From Macrostomum hystrix (Eukaryota > Animalia > Platyhelminthes), in the NCBI GenBank assembly GCA_950097015.1, contig CATNEN010000041.1, positions 3,596,001-3,660,000 on the forward strand: a stretch of DNA of 64,000 bases, given 5' to 3'. Position numbers and translations under genes: made by a program. The notes beneath the pieces are model-generated. The model was not told the origin of the DNA and did not search any database. It saw only the letters and a list, made by a program, of their open reading frames with translations. Of this stretch, positions 48,605-59,450 are shown one piece after another (position 1 is the stretch's first letter; each line of letters starts with the position of its first letter).

Positions 48605-50110
48605 GGCTCGTTAACACTGCCATCAAATGAGGCCAAATTTCGTTTGGTCACACGAAATTTCCGTTATTGATCACGCTAGTTTTGAGAATTACATCAGCGT
48701 TTCACGCTATCACTTGGGTTTTTTTGAGTGATTGAATGCGTTCACACTGCAATCACATGATTGTGATTTGGACATTAAAGATGGAGGTGGTGGGTGCAGG
48801 TAGAAGGTGACGTCTTAACTTATATAACCACTTAAATTCAATTTCTTTCCAGCGTAAATTGAACTTAGGACTCATACGCCTGATATGTCCATGCACAGAA
48901 TGTACAAGTGGTGCGTATATCATGATAAGTGCAGTATTTAAATAGTATCAGAATGAATTGTGCTGCCATTTCAATCGTCTTAAACCAGGCATCGAAATGA
49001 AGCTTCCTGTTTATGCTATTTCTGCCGCTGCGCTGCTATACTGCTGCGCCGACGTCGCCCGAAAAGGAGACGCTTGTGGGTTTGATCATTTCTTTTAAAA
49101 CGCGCGGTAAAAGGAGAGCACGGCATACTGTTCAATGAGATTCTGCAAATGGAACCGGATACTTCAATTCCGTTGCTTTCTGAGAATAGTGCCTCAAACA
49201 TTCGAGGCTCTGTTCCAATTTCTGGAGAAACCACTAGCCAAGCAGGACACAAAACAAGAGAAAGACTGGCACTCACGTTACAATATATTGGACACTGGGA
49301 CAGCCAGCATCTGCTCTCCGTCACACATCACTTAAGGAGTGTCAACAGTTATAGTTACTATATATTATAAGTAAGACGTTACAGCTTATTTGTCGTCATC
49401 TCCGCCCCATCGTGCTGCCATGCAGGATGCACTGTCGAAAGACTGCAGGAGACTGAGTGTGGCCTATGGGAGAGGTGGAATTTTCCCAATTGCATTGGCG
49501 CCGTCGATGTAAAGCACATTCGAATAGTTTGTCGTCCCTGCAGTGGTTCTCAATTCTACAACTACAAGTATAAGGGCTACTTCAGTCTAATTTTGCTAGC
49601 TGATGTGGATCATGACTACCGCTTTCTTATGATTGATGTAGGAAACTGCGGCTCGCAAAACGATAGCGTGTCATTTCAAACCGCAAAGTTTGATAGTCGA
49701 CTAGGAGACGGAGCATTTTGATCCACGTCCTGAACCGAAGCCGCTGACTGTCAACGGCGAAGAGACACCGCATGTACTCATCGCGGAGACGAGGGCTTCC
49801 CTCTACAGGACTACCTGATGAGACCGTTCCCGGGCCGAACCTTAGTGATGAAAAGACCGTCTTTAATTACCGAATGAGTCGAGCTAGGCGAGTTGTCGAG
49901 AACGCTTTCGAAATTCTGGCACAGAAGTGGAGGATTTTCCAACGGCCCACCCAGCTGAGCCCAACAACGGCTACCAGGGTAGTGAAAGCTGCCTGCATAC
50001 TGCATAAATTTGTACGAATGCGTGAGGCTCCCAGGCAGGAGTCCCTGGTTGCTGAAGTACTGCCACAGCTGTAATTTCGAAGTACATTTGCTTTAGGCAG
50101 TATCGGCGGC
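48605..50110 (+). mobile_element. PIF/Harbinger DNA transposon remnant with decayed DDE transposase
   Basis: About 49400-50074 translates to WNFPNCIGAVDVKHIRI..SGSQFYNYK..YFSLILLADVD..YRFLMIDVG..GSQND..FPLQDYLMRPFPG..FNYRMSRARRVVENAFEILAQKWRIF..ACILH (HARBI1/DDE_Tnp_4 type) with frameshifts. Candidate terminus GGCTCGTTAACACTG at 48605 after TAA. Confidence 0.85.
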
Positions 50111-50385
50111 TGGCGTGGCAACGTCTGTCGTTCGGCTAAAGGATTTACACAAGCCCGGTTTGCGGAACTTTTCATGCCAGAAGAGGGTTCCGCTCCGTAG
50201 AAAATGCGAAGCATACATCGAGAGTGACGATCGTAGCTTTCTGTTTGAAGTGACCACATTAGCCGAAGCACTATTAGCTGTTACGAGCATTGACAAATGC
50301 TTCAGCAAATCAAAGTCCCTTTTCACTAATGTTTCTACAAGTAGGAGTATTACTCTTACTCCTATATCTTGTAGGAGTATGCACT

Positions 50386-51358
50386 TGTAGTGCCGCGGGC
50401 ACTTTGCTCTCTGCTCTTGTTTTGGGCAGTGCTCATGTACCTGACCTGCGTCTGCAGGGTCTGGCCGGTTTGGGCCAGTTGCGCCCCACCCCATTGGCGT
50501 GTTTATTTTACTTTGCTCTCTGCGCTTGTGTTGTCGGGTGCTCATTGGCTGCCGGGCTCTATTTTCTCTCCCTCGCTCTTGAGCCCTGTTTTCTCGGTAC
50601 CCGCGGTAAGCACTGATTAACTCAGTCAGTGGCTGCCGTGCCACAGCTTTTCTACCCCTCTCCCCCTGTCGGGGTTATTTATTGTGTGCCGCGAAGCTTG
50701 GGTACAGCGACCCTTCTCCTCCCCTCTCGCCTGTCTTCGCGCGTGAGAACTGAAGATCTATAAGCGACAATAGCTATAGCGAGGAAACTAATTAAGTGTA
50801 GTTTCTGTTCTTTTGACTGAAGAGTTCACGTGAGGCTACTCACGAAGATAGACAGTTATCTGAAGTTAGTCAGTCTCTTGCTGCGAAGACTTGATTCTTT
50901 GATTACCCGTCGAGCCTGTGAGTAAACTTCAGCATCCGACTGTGTCACTCTAAATAGAGACGAACCACGCGACGACTTCGGCAGCCGGTAAGCAACGTCT
51001 TTGAGTTAGTCCTTTTCTCGGGAGCTGTCAGACTCGCCTCAGTTAGGAGCTGCGTGCCAGAGCGTCATCACGCCGGTAGTTGAGTGTGGCTGTGTGCTCA
51101 TTTCGGTATATCACTATACTCTTACTAATACTTATTAGTAGTACGGACTATAGAAGCGCTAGTGAGTGTCACTGCACCACTTGCCGCAGCGCAAAGTCTG
51201 AGCGCCATAGCGCCAGGCCTAGCAACTCTTATCGCAGGGCGTCACAACGCCTGCCCGTAACCATAGTCACACGAGGCAGAGCGTCACAACGCCTGTCGAG
51301 TACCATTCACCCTAATAGTACCACGGGCTGGGAACCCAACCGTCCCGTAGTCACTACA
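50386..51358. mobile_element. Solo LTR (4-bp TSD)
   Basis: TGTAGTG...CACTACA termini; TSD CACT at 50382-85 and 51359-62; 973 bp with no coding capacity. Confidence 0.85.
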
Positions 51359-51522
51359 CACTATTAAATTACGTCTTGATTAAGTCTTAAATGTCTTGAT
51401 TGCTCATTCATTACAATTTTTTTTTGGAATTAACTTACAGATGCAGGGTATTCCATAGCAGCGTGCTTACTATTAGCTGCCAATCATCGGCTACCATCTC
51501 TTTCCAAGAACATTTAAAAACT

Positions 51523-52195
51523 ATTTTATTGGTTTTATTGACTTGACTTACTTGACTTAGCGGCAGGGAGCCTCCATGACGGACGCAGCGAGGAGGCGGT
51601 CGGTGCCGCCCATATCGCTAACCCCTGGCAGCCGGACGGCCTCCAGCGAGGTGGTGCCGCTCAGGGTGGTCCGTCGGTCGGTTCCGCCGCGCGATCCCCC
51701 TCGCCATAGGCTGGGAAGAAATCAGCTCGGCCGGTATCCCGAAGGAAGTGGGCGAGCTGTGGAATGCTCTCGGGCGAGCAGAGCAGGCTTCGACTAGGGT
51801 CGGTGCCGGCCCGAGATGTTTTAGCCTAGCCCGGGTGAAGGCCGGGCAGTGGCAGATGAAATGCTCGGCGTTTTCACGTCCGGAGCAGCAGAAGGGACAC
51901 GTTTCCTCCGGCACGTGGCCTTGGAGGTACCGGTGTCTGGTGAAGCAGCCATGTCCCGAGAGGGCCATGGTGACTGCTCTCAGGTCTCTGCGATTTAGCC
52001 TAAGCAAGGCTTTACGAAGGTTACTAGAGGGGGTTGGCACCGCAGCCCTGGACTGGCGACAGTTCAGGGTGCTAGACCACCTCCTACGGTGTTGGGTCTC
52101 CATCCAGCGGTTGATGTTGGAGTTGACCACAGAAGCGGGGATCGGGGCCTCCGGGCCCGGGCCCATCAGGGAGCTGGCTGCGCCAGCCGCAGATG
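51523..52195 (-). mobile_element. 3' fragment of an RNase H-type (I-group/LOA-like) non-LTR retrotransposon
   Basis: ORF 51618-52166: [42 protein letters not shown], the C-terminal CCHC knuckle of ORF2. Ends in an (AAGTC)n-like tail and AATAAA on the minus strand (about 51523-51559). Confidence 0.85.
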
Positions 52196-52799
52196 GTAAT
52201 ATTACTGTCGCACATATATTTTAATACATCTGTGTATAGATTCCATACTAACACTAACAGAAAGCATGTACACGTAGCTTATTCAAAGCACGTCTGCATG
52301 AGCAGTTTCTCAAATGTAAAATGACAACTTGCATTCATATAATAAGTCTTATACATAATATATAGGTTCAGTATAGTTTTGCAAAGTATTAGCACCTAGC
52401 ATAATGGCAGTAATTAGTCACCAGAATTAATGACATTAAAGACTACTAGTAGCTGTCACTGCCCGCGAGCAGGGCCAGTTCAATTGGATCCTGGGTTTGA
52501 AGCTGTTGAGACGGACATCCCCCGATTTCGTCGATGGATGCGAATAATTCCAGGATCTTAAGCTGCATCCTGGAGCTATGCGGTCTGTAACATACTAAAA
52601 CTGGGGAACGAAACTCGCGCTGGCAGACCGAGACCGGTTTCTGGCTTGTTTGCCTTCGTCAGTCAGCCATAGCCACACGCAGTCCTCTCCCACCACTCTT
52701 AGTGTGCACAGAAGTCTCTTTTAAGCTAGCCATTTTTATGGCGATATTTTTTAGTGTTATGTGAGAGTTTTGCAGCCAAGTATTTGCTTTTCTACTGTT

Positions 52800-53067
52800 G
52801 TCAGTAGTCTGAATTGTATCTCTCACACGGTCGTTACTTCGGGTGACGACCGCACAGGCACCTCAGTTTTGCAGCAATCATGCGACCGAACAAACCGCTT
52901 TCGTCCTCGGCCTCATGGTTAGCCTTGACTAGAAGAACAGTCAGCTGTTCATCCGCCTGCTCGCGTCTACTGCAAGCAATGCTTCCCTCAGGCTGGCGTC
53001 GCTTTCGCGAAAACGGTTCTTTCTGCCTTTTTGAGTTATCTGGGGACGCTTGTCAGTTTCGTCCGCT
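52800..53067 (-). pseudogene. Possible remnant of the Harbinger Myb/MADF accessory protein C-terminus
   Basis: Minus-strand translation EAEDESGLFGRMIAAKLRCL resembles the BESS-like C-terminal motif of MADF proteins; preceded by a TTTTTTAG acceptor at about 53067; frameshifted. Confidence 0.35.
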
Positions 53068-53459
53068 AAAAAACCATTAGCCAACAGGGCCAAAAGCAGC
53101 AAGAGGGATGGCACAGGCGTGGCGACAAAGGCAGCGGACGAACGAGTCCTGCCATAGCGAATATACGAGCGTATTTTAGGATTTGGGGCGACACGAAGGA
53201 AGGATTAAAAGGGAAGTCACGAAGCAACGGAATGAAAGCAATACAAAAAATTTTACGAGCCAGAGCGCTCACGCAGCACGCACGAGAGCGTGAGCGCACA
53301 AATAAAAGTGGGGCCGACGCCGCCACCCCCCAACCAAACCACCCCAACTGCCGGCCGGCACCCAGCACCCCACCTTGTGGCAGGGATGCACACGCGCAGG
53401 CCGCACGCACAGACAGGCGGAGGGTCGGCCCAGTCGGCTAAACACGATTACAGAGCCAG

Positions 53460-56189
53460 TTAAAACCGGCCCCGAAATCGCTCAACCGAAGGTGGCAGGT
53501 ACCGCCCTACAGCGCTGCTTGCCCAGTCACCGACTCGCATGATTGAATCGATGGGGATGCTGGCCTCCGCCGCGGATGTAGCGCCACCTCGACGCAACGA
53601 GTGCCCAGAGAACCTGGCTGGCTCGGCGAACCCAGCCTGTCGAAGTGCTGTGGACAGGCGCCTCGCGAAGGTGCGCGCGGTGAGCGGCGCGGTGGACCGT
53701 CCGGTTCGGGTACTAGACAGGTGATGCTGGGCGTCCTGCGGTCGGTTAATGCGCAGCTGCTTCTGGAGCGCGGTGATCGGGCAGAGTGGATGTCCATCTG
53801 GGAGCTGCGGCAAGAAAACTCGGTGCTGGCGCGCCCCGAACTGGTTGGTCTTCGACCTCGGAATGACGAGGATGACGCCGGCCCTTGACGGCCGGATGCA
53901 GCTCGCGCTGAGGTCTCGCTGCGGATCGAACCGGCCAGATACGCAAAGGTTGGCTAGCCGCAGCATGGCCCACCAGCCCACGATGCAGGCACACCAGAAT
54001 GCGCAGTCCCTGGGCTCTTCAGGTCGCAGCACGCCGTGCAGCCGCTGCAGGTCGGCCGGCCGCAACGCTTGTTTGCTCCTTGGGGCGGCGCCGAGGAGCC
54101 GACGGGCGCCGCGCAGGGCCAGCTGAACCAGTGGCTGCCTCGTCGGGTCAGCCACGCTGTTTGATTTGTAGAGCCAAGACACGGCGGCGAGGTGACAGGA
54201 TAGGCTGCTGACGGAGAACAGCCGGTTGTTCGCCAGCTCCGCCAGGTAGTTGCACACGTCGGCGGGCTGCGCTGAAAGCGGTTGAAGTCTATGGGCGGCG
54301 CAGAATCGCATCCAGAACGCGCACTGGCTGGCGTAGGCGGAGCGAGTTGAGCTGGCGAAGCCTTGGCTGAGCAGTCGACGTGCCGGCGCGGAGAGGCCGG
54401 GAACCGGGACCACAGGAGGCGGACCTGAAACAAAAGGTGGGAGGCAGCGGCAGAACTCAAGCAAGTGGAGGCAAGCAAGCTGGTTGGCACATAGCAGGTG
54501 CCATAGAAGCGAAACAAAGTTGGCAAGCTGGCTGGGGTCATGCGCTCTGGACAGCGGGTTGGCGAGCAGCTGGAAGCGGCCAGGCACATGGTGCGCGCGG
54601 ACGATGATGTCGCGTTGAATGCAGGTCAGGGCGACGCGCTTCTGCAGGTCGGCAATACCTTGGTGCTTGGCGGAGCCCGAGTTAATGATGCCGCAGGCGG
54701 CGGTGCTGTCAGTGTAGACTGCAACCGAGCAGCCGCTGAAGGCTTCTTGGTGCTGCAGAATCGCAACCAGCGGGGCGGCGCACTCCTTGAGGTTGATGTG
54801 CAGCTCCTTGAACGCGCCATCACAATCGGACTGCCAGTCGATGTAGAGCCAAACCGGTTCTCTGTCGACGAAATGCAGCACAGCACCATCTCCCATGTCA
54901 CAGGCGTCAGACTCAATCGCTCCAGCCGGCCGACGCGAGGGCCAGGCAGCTCTAGGCGGCAGCGTGCTCAAGGCGGTCATCCACCACCTCAACTGCGACT
55001 GGAGGTCTTCCGTGACGCCGATCCTGTCGGACGGATGCACCAGGCTATTGACCAGCTCAATCAGCGGCCGCAGGAAAGTTCGCCCGTGCTGGGCGGCCGT
55101 GCACAGGTGGCTGAGGTGCCCGAGCAGCTTCTGCAGTTCAGACTTGCACTGGCTCCTCCGCGAGAGGCAGGTGTCAAGGAGAAGCTGAAGCTTTTCGGCT
55201 TTGTCGGCTGGGAAGGAAAGACTGGCTTGCACGGTGTCGATGTCAATGCCGAGGAACTGCAGCTTTGTCGTCGGCGGCACAGACTTTTTCTCGTTGATGA
55301 TGAAGCCAAGCTTGTTGAGCAGGTTGCGCAGCTCGTGGTAGGCCCTGTCGCACTCGGCTTTCGTCCTGGCCATGACGAGGAAGTCATCGATGAAAACGAC
55401 GGTTGCCAGGAAACCCTTGCGACACATCATTCGTCGGGCCGCTTGCGCGAGGCGATGGAAAATGCTGACGGAGGCTCTGCTGCCGAATGGTAACCGCGTA
55501 TCCACCAGGAAGGTTGAGCAGCCGTTGCCGAAGTCCCAGTGGATGCCGGTGGCTTGGTAGCACTGCGGAGAAATTGGCACGCTGCGGTAGGCTGACGCGA
55601 TGTCCACCTTTGCCATGAACCAGCCAGGCTGCATCATCCTGACGGCCTCGTCGAAGGAGGTGAAGCGGAGACGTCGTTGTTGGGCATAGTGATCGTTCAG
55701 GCTGCAGCCGCGAGGGACGGAGCAATCATGGATTAGCCGGATGCCGGAGCTGTCTTTCGGAATGGCTCCCAGCGGACAGACCATCGAAGGCTTGTCCACG
55801 ACTGGGACGTACCTCCCGAGCCGGATTTCTTCTTCGATAACAGCTTGGACTTGGTCGCGATTCCGGTTGACGGACTGGTAGTTGCTGCAGAAACAAGGTG
55901 TAAAATCGAAGTCATCAACAATGGAGAAGCCACTCTCGATTCCGTCGAGAATAAAATCAGCGTCGGGGTCGCCAACAAGCTCGGAGCGCCAGGCGTCGAT
56001 GCGGAGATCACCCACTGGCTGCGTCAGATCGGACATCCGCGCTGGAGGCTTGACGATGCAGGGCACGGGAGCGGGCTCAGCGAGGCAGTTAAAAGCAGGA
56101 GGCGTAAAATAGGTTCCGTCTCGGCGCGCTTGCTCAGTTTTTTGCGTGATTCTGCTCGGAGTGGCTGCCCTCACAGATTCGGCAGGCAC
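53460..56189 (-). CDS. DIRS-type polyprotein: reverse transcriptase, RNase H and tyrosine recombinase in one 909-aa ORF
   Basis: RT: CPLGAIPKDSSGIRLIHD, KVDIASAYRSVPI, RLPFGSRAS, VFIDDFL, FLGIDID. RNase H: ESDAC, HINLKE, VYTDS, HVPGRFQLLANPLSR. YR: WAMLRLANL, PRSKTNQFG, HPLCPI, SGHSLRRGGAT, GDWASSAVGRYL. Confidence 0.93.
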   Translation of the reverse strand: MPAESVRAATPSRITQKTEQARRDGTYFTPPAFNCLAEPAPVPCIVKPPARMSDLTQPVGDLRIDAWRSELVGDPDADFILDGIESGFSIVDDFDFTPCFCSNYQSVNRNRDQVQAVIEEEIRLGRYVPVVDKPSMVCPLGAIPKDSSGIRLIHDCSVPRGCSLNDHYAQQRRLRFTSFDEAVRMMQPGWFMAKVDIASAYRSVPISPQCYQATGIHWDFGNGCSTFLVDTRLPFGSRASVSIFHRLAQAARRMMCRKGFLATVVFIDDFLVMARTKAECDRAYHELRNLLNKLGFIINEKKSVPPTTKLQFLGIDIDTVQASLSFPADKAEKLQLLLDTCLSRRSQCKSELQKLLGHLSHLCTAAQHGRTFLRPLIELVNSLVHPSDRIGVTEDLQSQLRWWMTALSTLPPRAAWPSRRPAGAIESDACDMGDGAVLHFVDREPVWLYIDWQSDCDGAFKELHINLKECAAPLVAILQHQEAFSGCSVAVYTDSTAACGIINSGSAKHQGIADLQKRVALTCIQRDIIVRAHHVPGRFQLLANPLSRAHDPSQLANFVSLLWHLLCANQLACLHLLEFCRCLPPFVSGPPPVVPVPGLSAPARRLLSQGFASSTRSAYASQCAFWMRFCAAHRLQPLSAQPADVCNYLAELANNRLFSVSSLSCHLAAVSWLYKSNSVADPTRQPLVQLALRGARRLLGAAPRSKQALRPADLQRLHGVLRPEEPRDCAFWCACIVGWWAMLRLANLCVSGRFDPQRDLSASCIRPSRAGVILVIPRSKTNQFGARQHRVFLPQLPDGHPLCPITALQKQLRINRPQDAQHHLSSTRTGRSTAPLTARTFARRLSTALRQAGFAEPARFSGHSLRRGGATSAAEASIPIDSIMRVGDWASSAVGRYLPPSVERFRGRF

Positions 56190-57162
56190 GGAGGAATCGG
56201 CAATTGTTCCTCATGCAGCCGTTGGTGCTGTTGAAGGACAAGCACAGCTCACGGCCTGAGGATGTCCGCGGACCCATGACGCGGCTCTTGTTGCTAGGCT
56301 GGTTTCGCTTGGCTGTTTGGTTGTACTGGTCCGTCTTAATGCTGAGCAGGTGCCTGATCGACATCTGGGCGCAGTCGTTGCCCCAGCGAAGGCTGTTGGC
56401 TGCGCGGTGCTGTCGGTAGTCATGGTCGAATCTGATCACCCGGTGCGCCGGGAATCTGTCGAATAGCTCGGCCACCTGGACATTGTACTGGGCGTAGTCT
56501 TTAACTTGCTCAGTTGTGCTGTACACCTGGCCCTTGCTGGTCACCTGCGGCGCTGAGTTTTCAAGCATCTGAAGCAGGATCTTCATGCTGCCGGCCAACC
56601 ACTGTCCAACTGTCGTGCCGTCCAGCTTGGTCGTCGACTTCTTGAGCACGAGGCCGCCAGAGCTGCCCCGGGTGAGCAACTCGTCAGCCTGGCCTGACAG
56701 ATCATCGACAAAGTCTCTGACGAGCAGACACGGCTGCCCGAACGGCCGGGGGTTGGCTCTAGCGCTGACGGGGCCTGTTGGGTTGAGAAGTTCAGCAAAG
56801 AGATTCTGCTGCTCACCTGATAATGTACGAGCAGTCACGACGGCGCGTTCCCGAAGCTCTCGCTCGTGTGTTTGAAGCTCTAGGAGCTGCAGCCGTTTCT
56901 GCGCCCGCCGAATCTCACCGTCCAGGTCCGCCTCCCGTGGGTCCCGGCCTTGGTCTTGGGGCTACTCCTGCGCACAGGGCGATGCCGATGCCGATGTCGA
57001 TGCCGAATGGTTCAGGTGCGTCCCGCCGTCTTGAGGCTGTGACTGCCCCTCGTGTTGTCTCAATCTGGCTTGCAGGGCCGACTTATTGCCTGCGGTTGAA
57101 AGCCCTCGGCTACCCAGCTTATTCTTGAGTTGTCTGACTGTTAGTCGGTCCACACGGTGCAT
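56134..57162 (-). CDS. Gag-like ORF of the YR retrotransposon with N-terminal SAP domain and C-terminal Cys/His finger; one internal TAG
   Basis: ATG at 57162: MHRVDRLTVRQLKNKLGSRGLSTAGNKSALQARL (SAP consensus). TAG at 56962-64, then the same frame continues (PQDQGRDPREADLDGEIRRAQKRLQLLELQ..) into track ORF 56134-56838, which ends CLSFNSTNGCMRNNCRFLRACRICEGSHSEQNH. Confidence 0.85.
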
Positions 57163-59208
57163 GATAGCAGGCAGGTGAAAAAAAATTTTACGAGCCAGAG
57201 CGCTCACGCAGCACGCACGAGAGAGCGTGAGAGCACAAATAAAAGTGGGGCCGACGGCGCCAACCCCAACCAAACCACCCCACCTGCCGGCCGGCACCCA
57301 GCACCCCACCTTGCGGCAGGGATGCACACGCGCGAGCCGCACGCACAGACAGGCGGAGGGTCGGCCCAGTCGGCTAAACACGATTACAGAGCCAGTTAAA
57401 ACCGGCCCCGAAATCGCAACCCATAATTACACTAAAATTACACTAAAATTACACTATATTGCACTACCCTTATGAATACACCATGTAGTAATACCCTATA
57501 TTTTAGAGACCTGCAACTGGGCGAGCAGTGGCTTCGTGAAGATGCCCTTCCTGCTACTGTTACCCGAAGTGACGATTGATTTCAGAAGACATGTCGGCTG
57601 GCAGTAGAGAAGAGGCAGACATTAAACGAACTGAATCGTTGCATTGGTATTGTATGGGTTATGATTTCTTAACAACTTCATTTTAGAAAAGTTATAGCTG
57701 TCGTAAAATAGTTGCAAGTATATCAATTACGAGCGTATGGGTATATACCGCATTTCTATTTTGTCTACACCCTTCCCTGGGACAATATTCAGACGGATTG
57801 GACTAAAAATACTGTATTTGCATAACCACTGACAGACAAGAACAATATAGCTTTGTCGTTGCTTACAAATACTCAGGCTCACACCGAAGTCGGCTGCTCG
57901 ACATGAAGGTGGACGAAATCAACCGCGAAATGAAGCGATTGCTTTTGTCCAATGGCAGTCAATATCCGTTGAATCTACTCGAGGACGTATCGTCTTCTGT
58001 CTACGATCGCCTCGACTGTTACTTTGCCCGACCGCTTCCTATACCGGTCCAGCTTGCTGTTATTGACGTCTTCCTCTTGTCCGTCCGTTCGGCTGAATAA
58101 GTTCAGCGCATTGATGCCGAGCAGCAAGTGCTCTGCAATCCGCCACAGTTGATTCTCGCACCCGACTGTGAAGACTTCAGTGCTTCCAAGTGTACGACTT
58201 CATCTTCGGAATCAGTCTATGGGGTTGACGACAGAACTGAGTCGTCATGTTCAATACAATTCGATTATATTAAATGCGATGTTACATGTACACATGACTG
58301 ATCTTTGTGGTGCTCCGTGTAAATGAACTTGCGTGGAATATTTACTCGACGCGCGCTATACTATGAGCTACGATCGTATGTACATCTGACGGCCACGTAC
58401 ATGTGAGATGATTGAGGTGGGCGTCTCGCCCCAAATATAAAGAACAACGCCCAATCAGGGCTAGCTTCTAAGCGTCGTTTTCACTGCCAAGTTCTAGCCT
58501 CTGTCTTGCAGTAATTACAATCTTATAGTAAGAACTTTATCCAAAGCAAAAACCTATTCGAAAATCGAAAAGTAAGCAAAAATTTCTGCTCGACCTTGCC
58601 TGTTGCAGAAAAGTTTGTGTGTACGGATAGATGTATAGAAGCCGCTGAATTTTACGTTTTAGTTTGAATTTGAATTTTACTACTGGCAGTATAATAATGT
58701 AGAGCGTATAAGGACTTGACTTAAAATGAAATTTGTCGTAAAATTCTTACATTTCCAGATTAACTAAGCATCCCTTGTGTCATAATTCTAACTATGCATC
58801 TTATTATGTACAATGCTTACGAAAATAATATATACTATGGCCAGGTAAATGGCAAGGCAGCAATATTCATGGCAATGTTTGCACTCCGCGCCCGTACAGC
58901 CGAGACACCTTTTAATTCAAGTCTCTGGAAAACGAGTTCATCATTTGACAAGAATTTTTTTGCACGCTTTGTAGCGTTTATTTAGTATAATTGTTAGTAC
59001 GCTCGTAGTTCGTCAGCCGAATCCCAGAGTGATCAAGCTTTGCGCCTGAATAAATTTGACGGAATTATCACCAGTTTATTATTATTCTACCCTTGCTTTC
59101 TCTTAAATTAGCTTTGATGAAGACGAATCCTATGGAATCACCTGCCAAAGCACTCGGAGTCTGGAGCTCCTAATGACCGCATTGAACCTATTCACAGCAT
59201 CTTTTAGG

Positions 59209-59450
59209 GTGGTGGGACATTGTAGCCTAGCGGTTAGTGTCAGACTCACGACCGAAAGATTTGGTTCGGTTCCCGACCCACTGGAACAATTCGTGTCCTT
59301 CAGAAAGACACTTAAATCTTCATTGCTTCAGTTGTAAAATGGTCCATACATGGGTACAAACATCAGCTGCATAGGGTAATTGAGGATGGATGTGGCGACC
59401 CCTCAGTCCTTGCACTGCGATGACTGACTCTCGCCTTATACAGACGGAAG
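59209..59450 (+). mobile_element. tRNA-derived CORE-SINE, diverged second copy
   Basis: A-box-like TAGCCTAGCGG, degenerate B-box GGTTCGGTTCCC, then GTGTCCTTCAGAAAGACACTTAAATCTTCATTGCTTCAGTTG; aligns by eye with 24771-25030. Confidence 0.7.

Larger units (their letters stand above)
53076..57417 (-). mobile_element. Tyrosine-recombinase retrotransposon (DIRS order, Ngaro/PAT-like)
   Basis: About 237-bp direct repeats at 57180-57417 and 53245-53481, with gag-like and RT-RNaseH-YR ORFs between them. The 3' boundary near 53076 is inferred from AACC at both 53072-75 and 57418-21. Confidence 0.92.

Noticed and set aside
52470-52590. MQLKILELFASID on the minus strand, reminiscent of cytosine methyltransferase motif I
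   Set aside because: It lacks the FxGxG glycines and any downstream methyltransferase motifs; too short to support.
53507-57128. Numerous short overlapping ORFs, including 54540-55493 (+, 317 aa)
   Set aside because: Alternative-frame or antisense shadows of the GC-rich YR retrotransposon, with no independent motifs.
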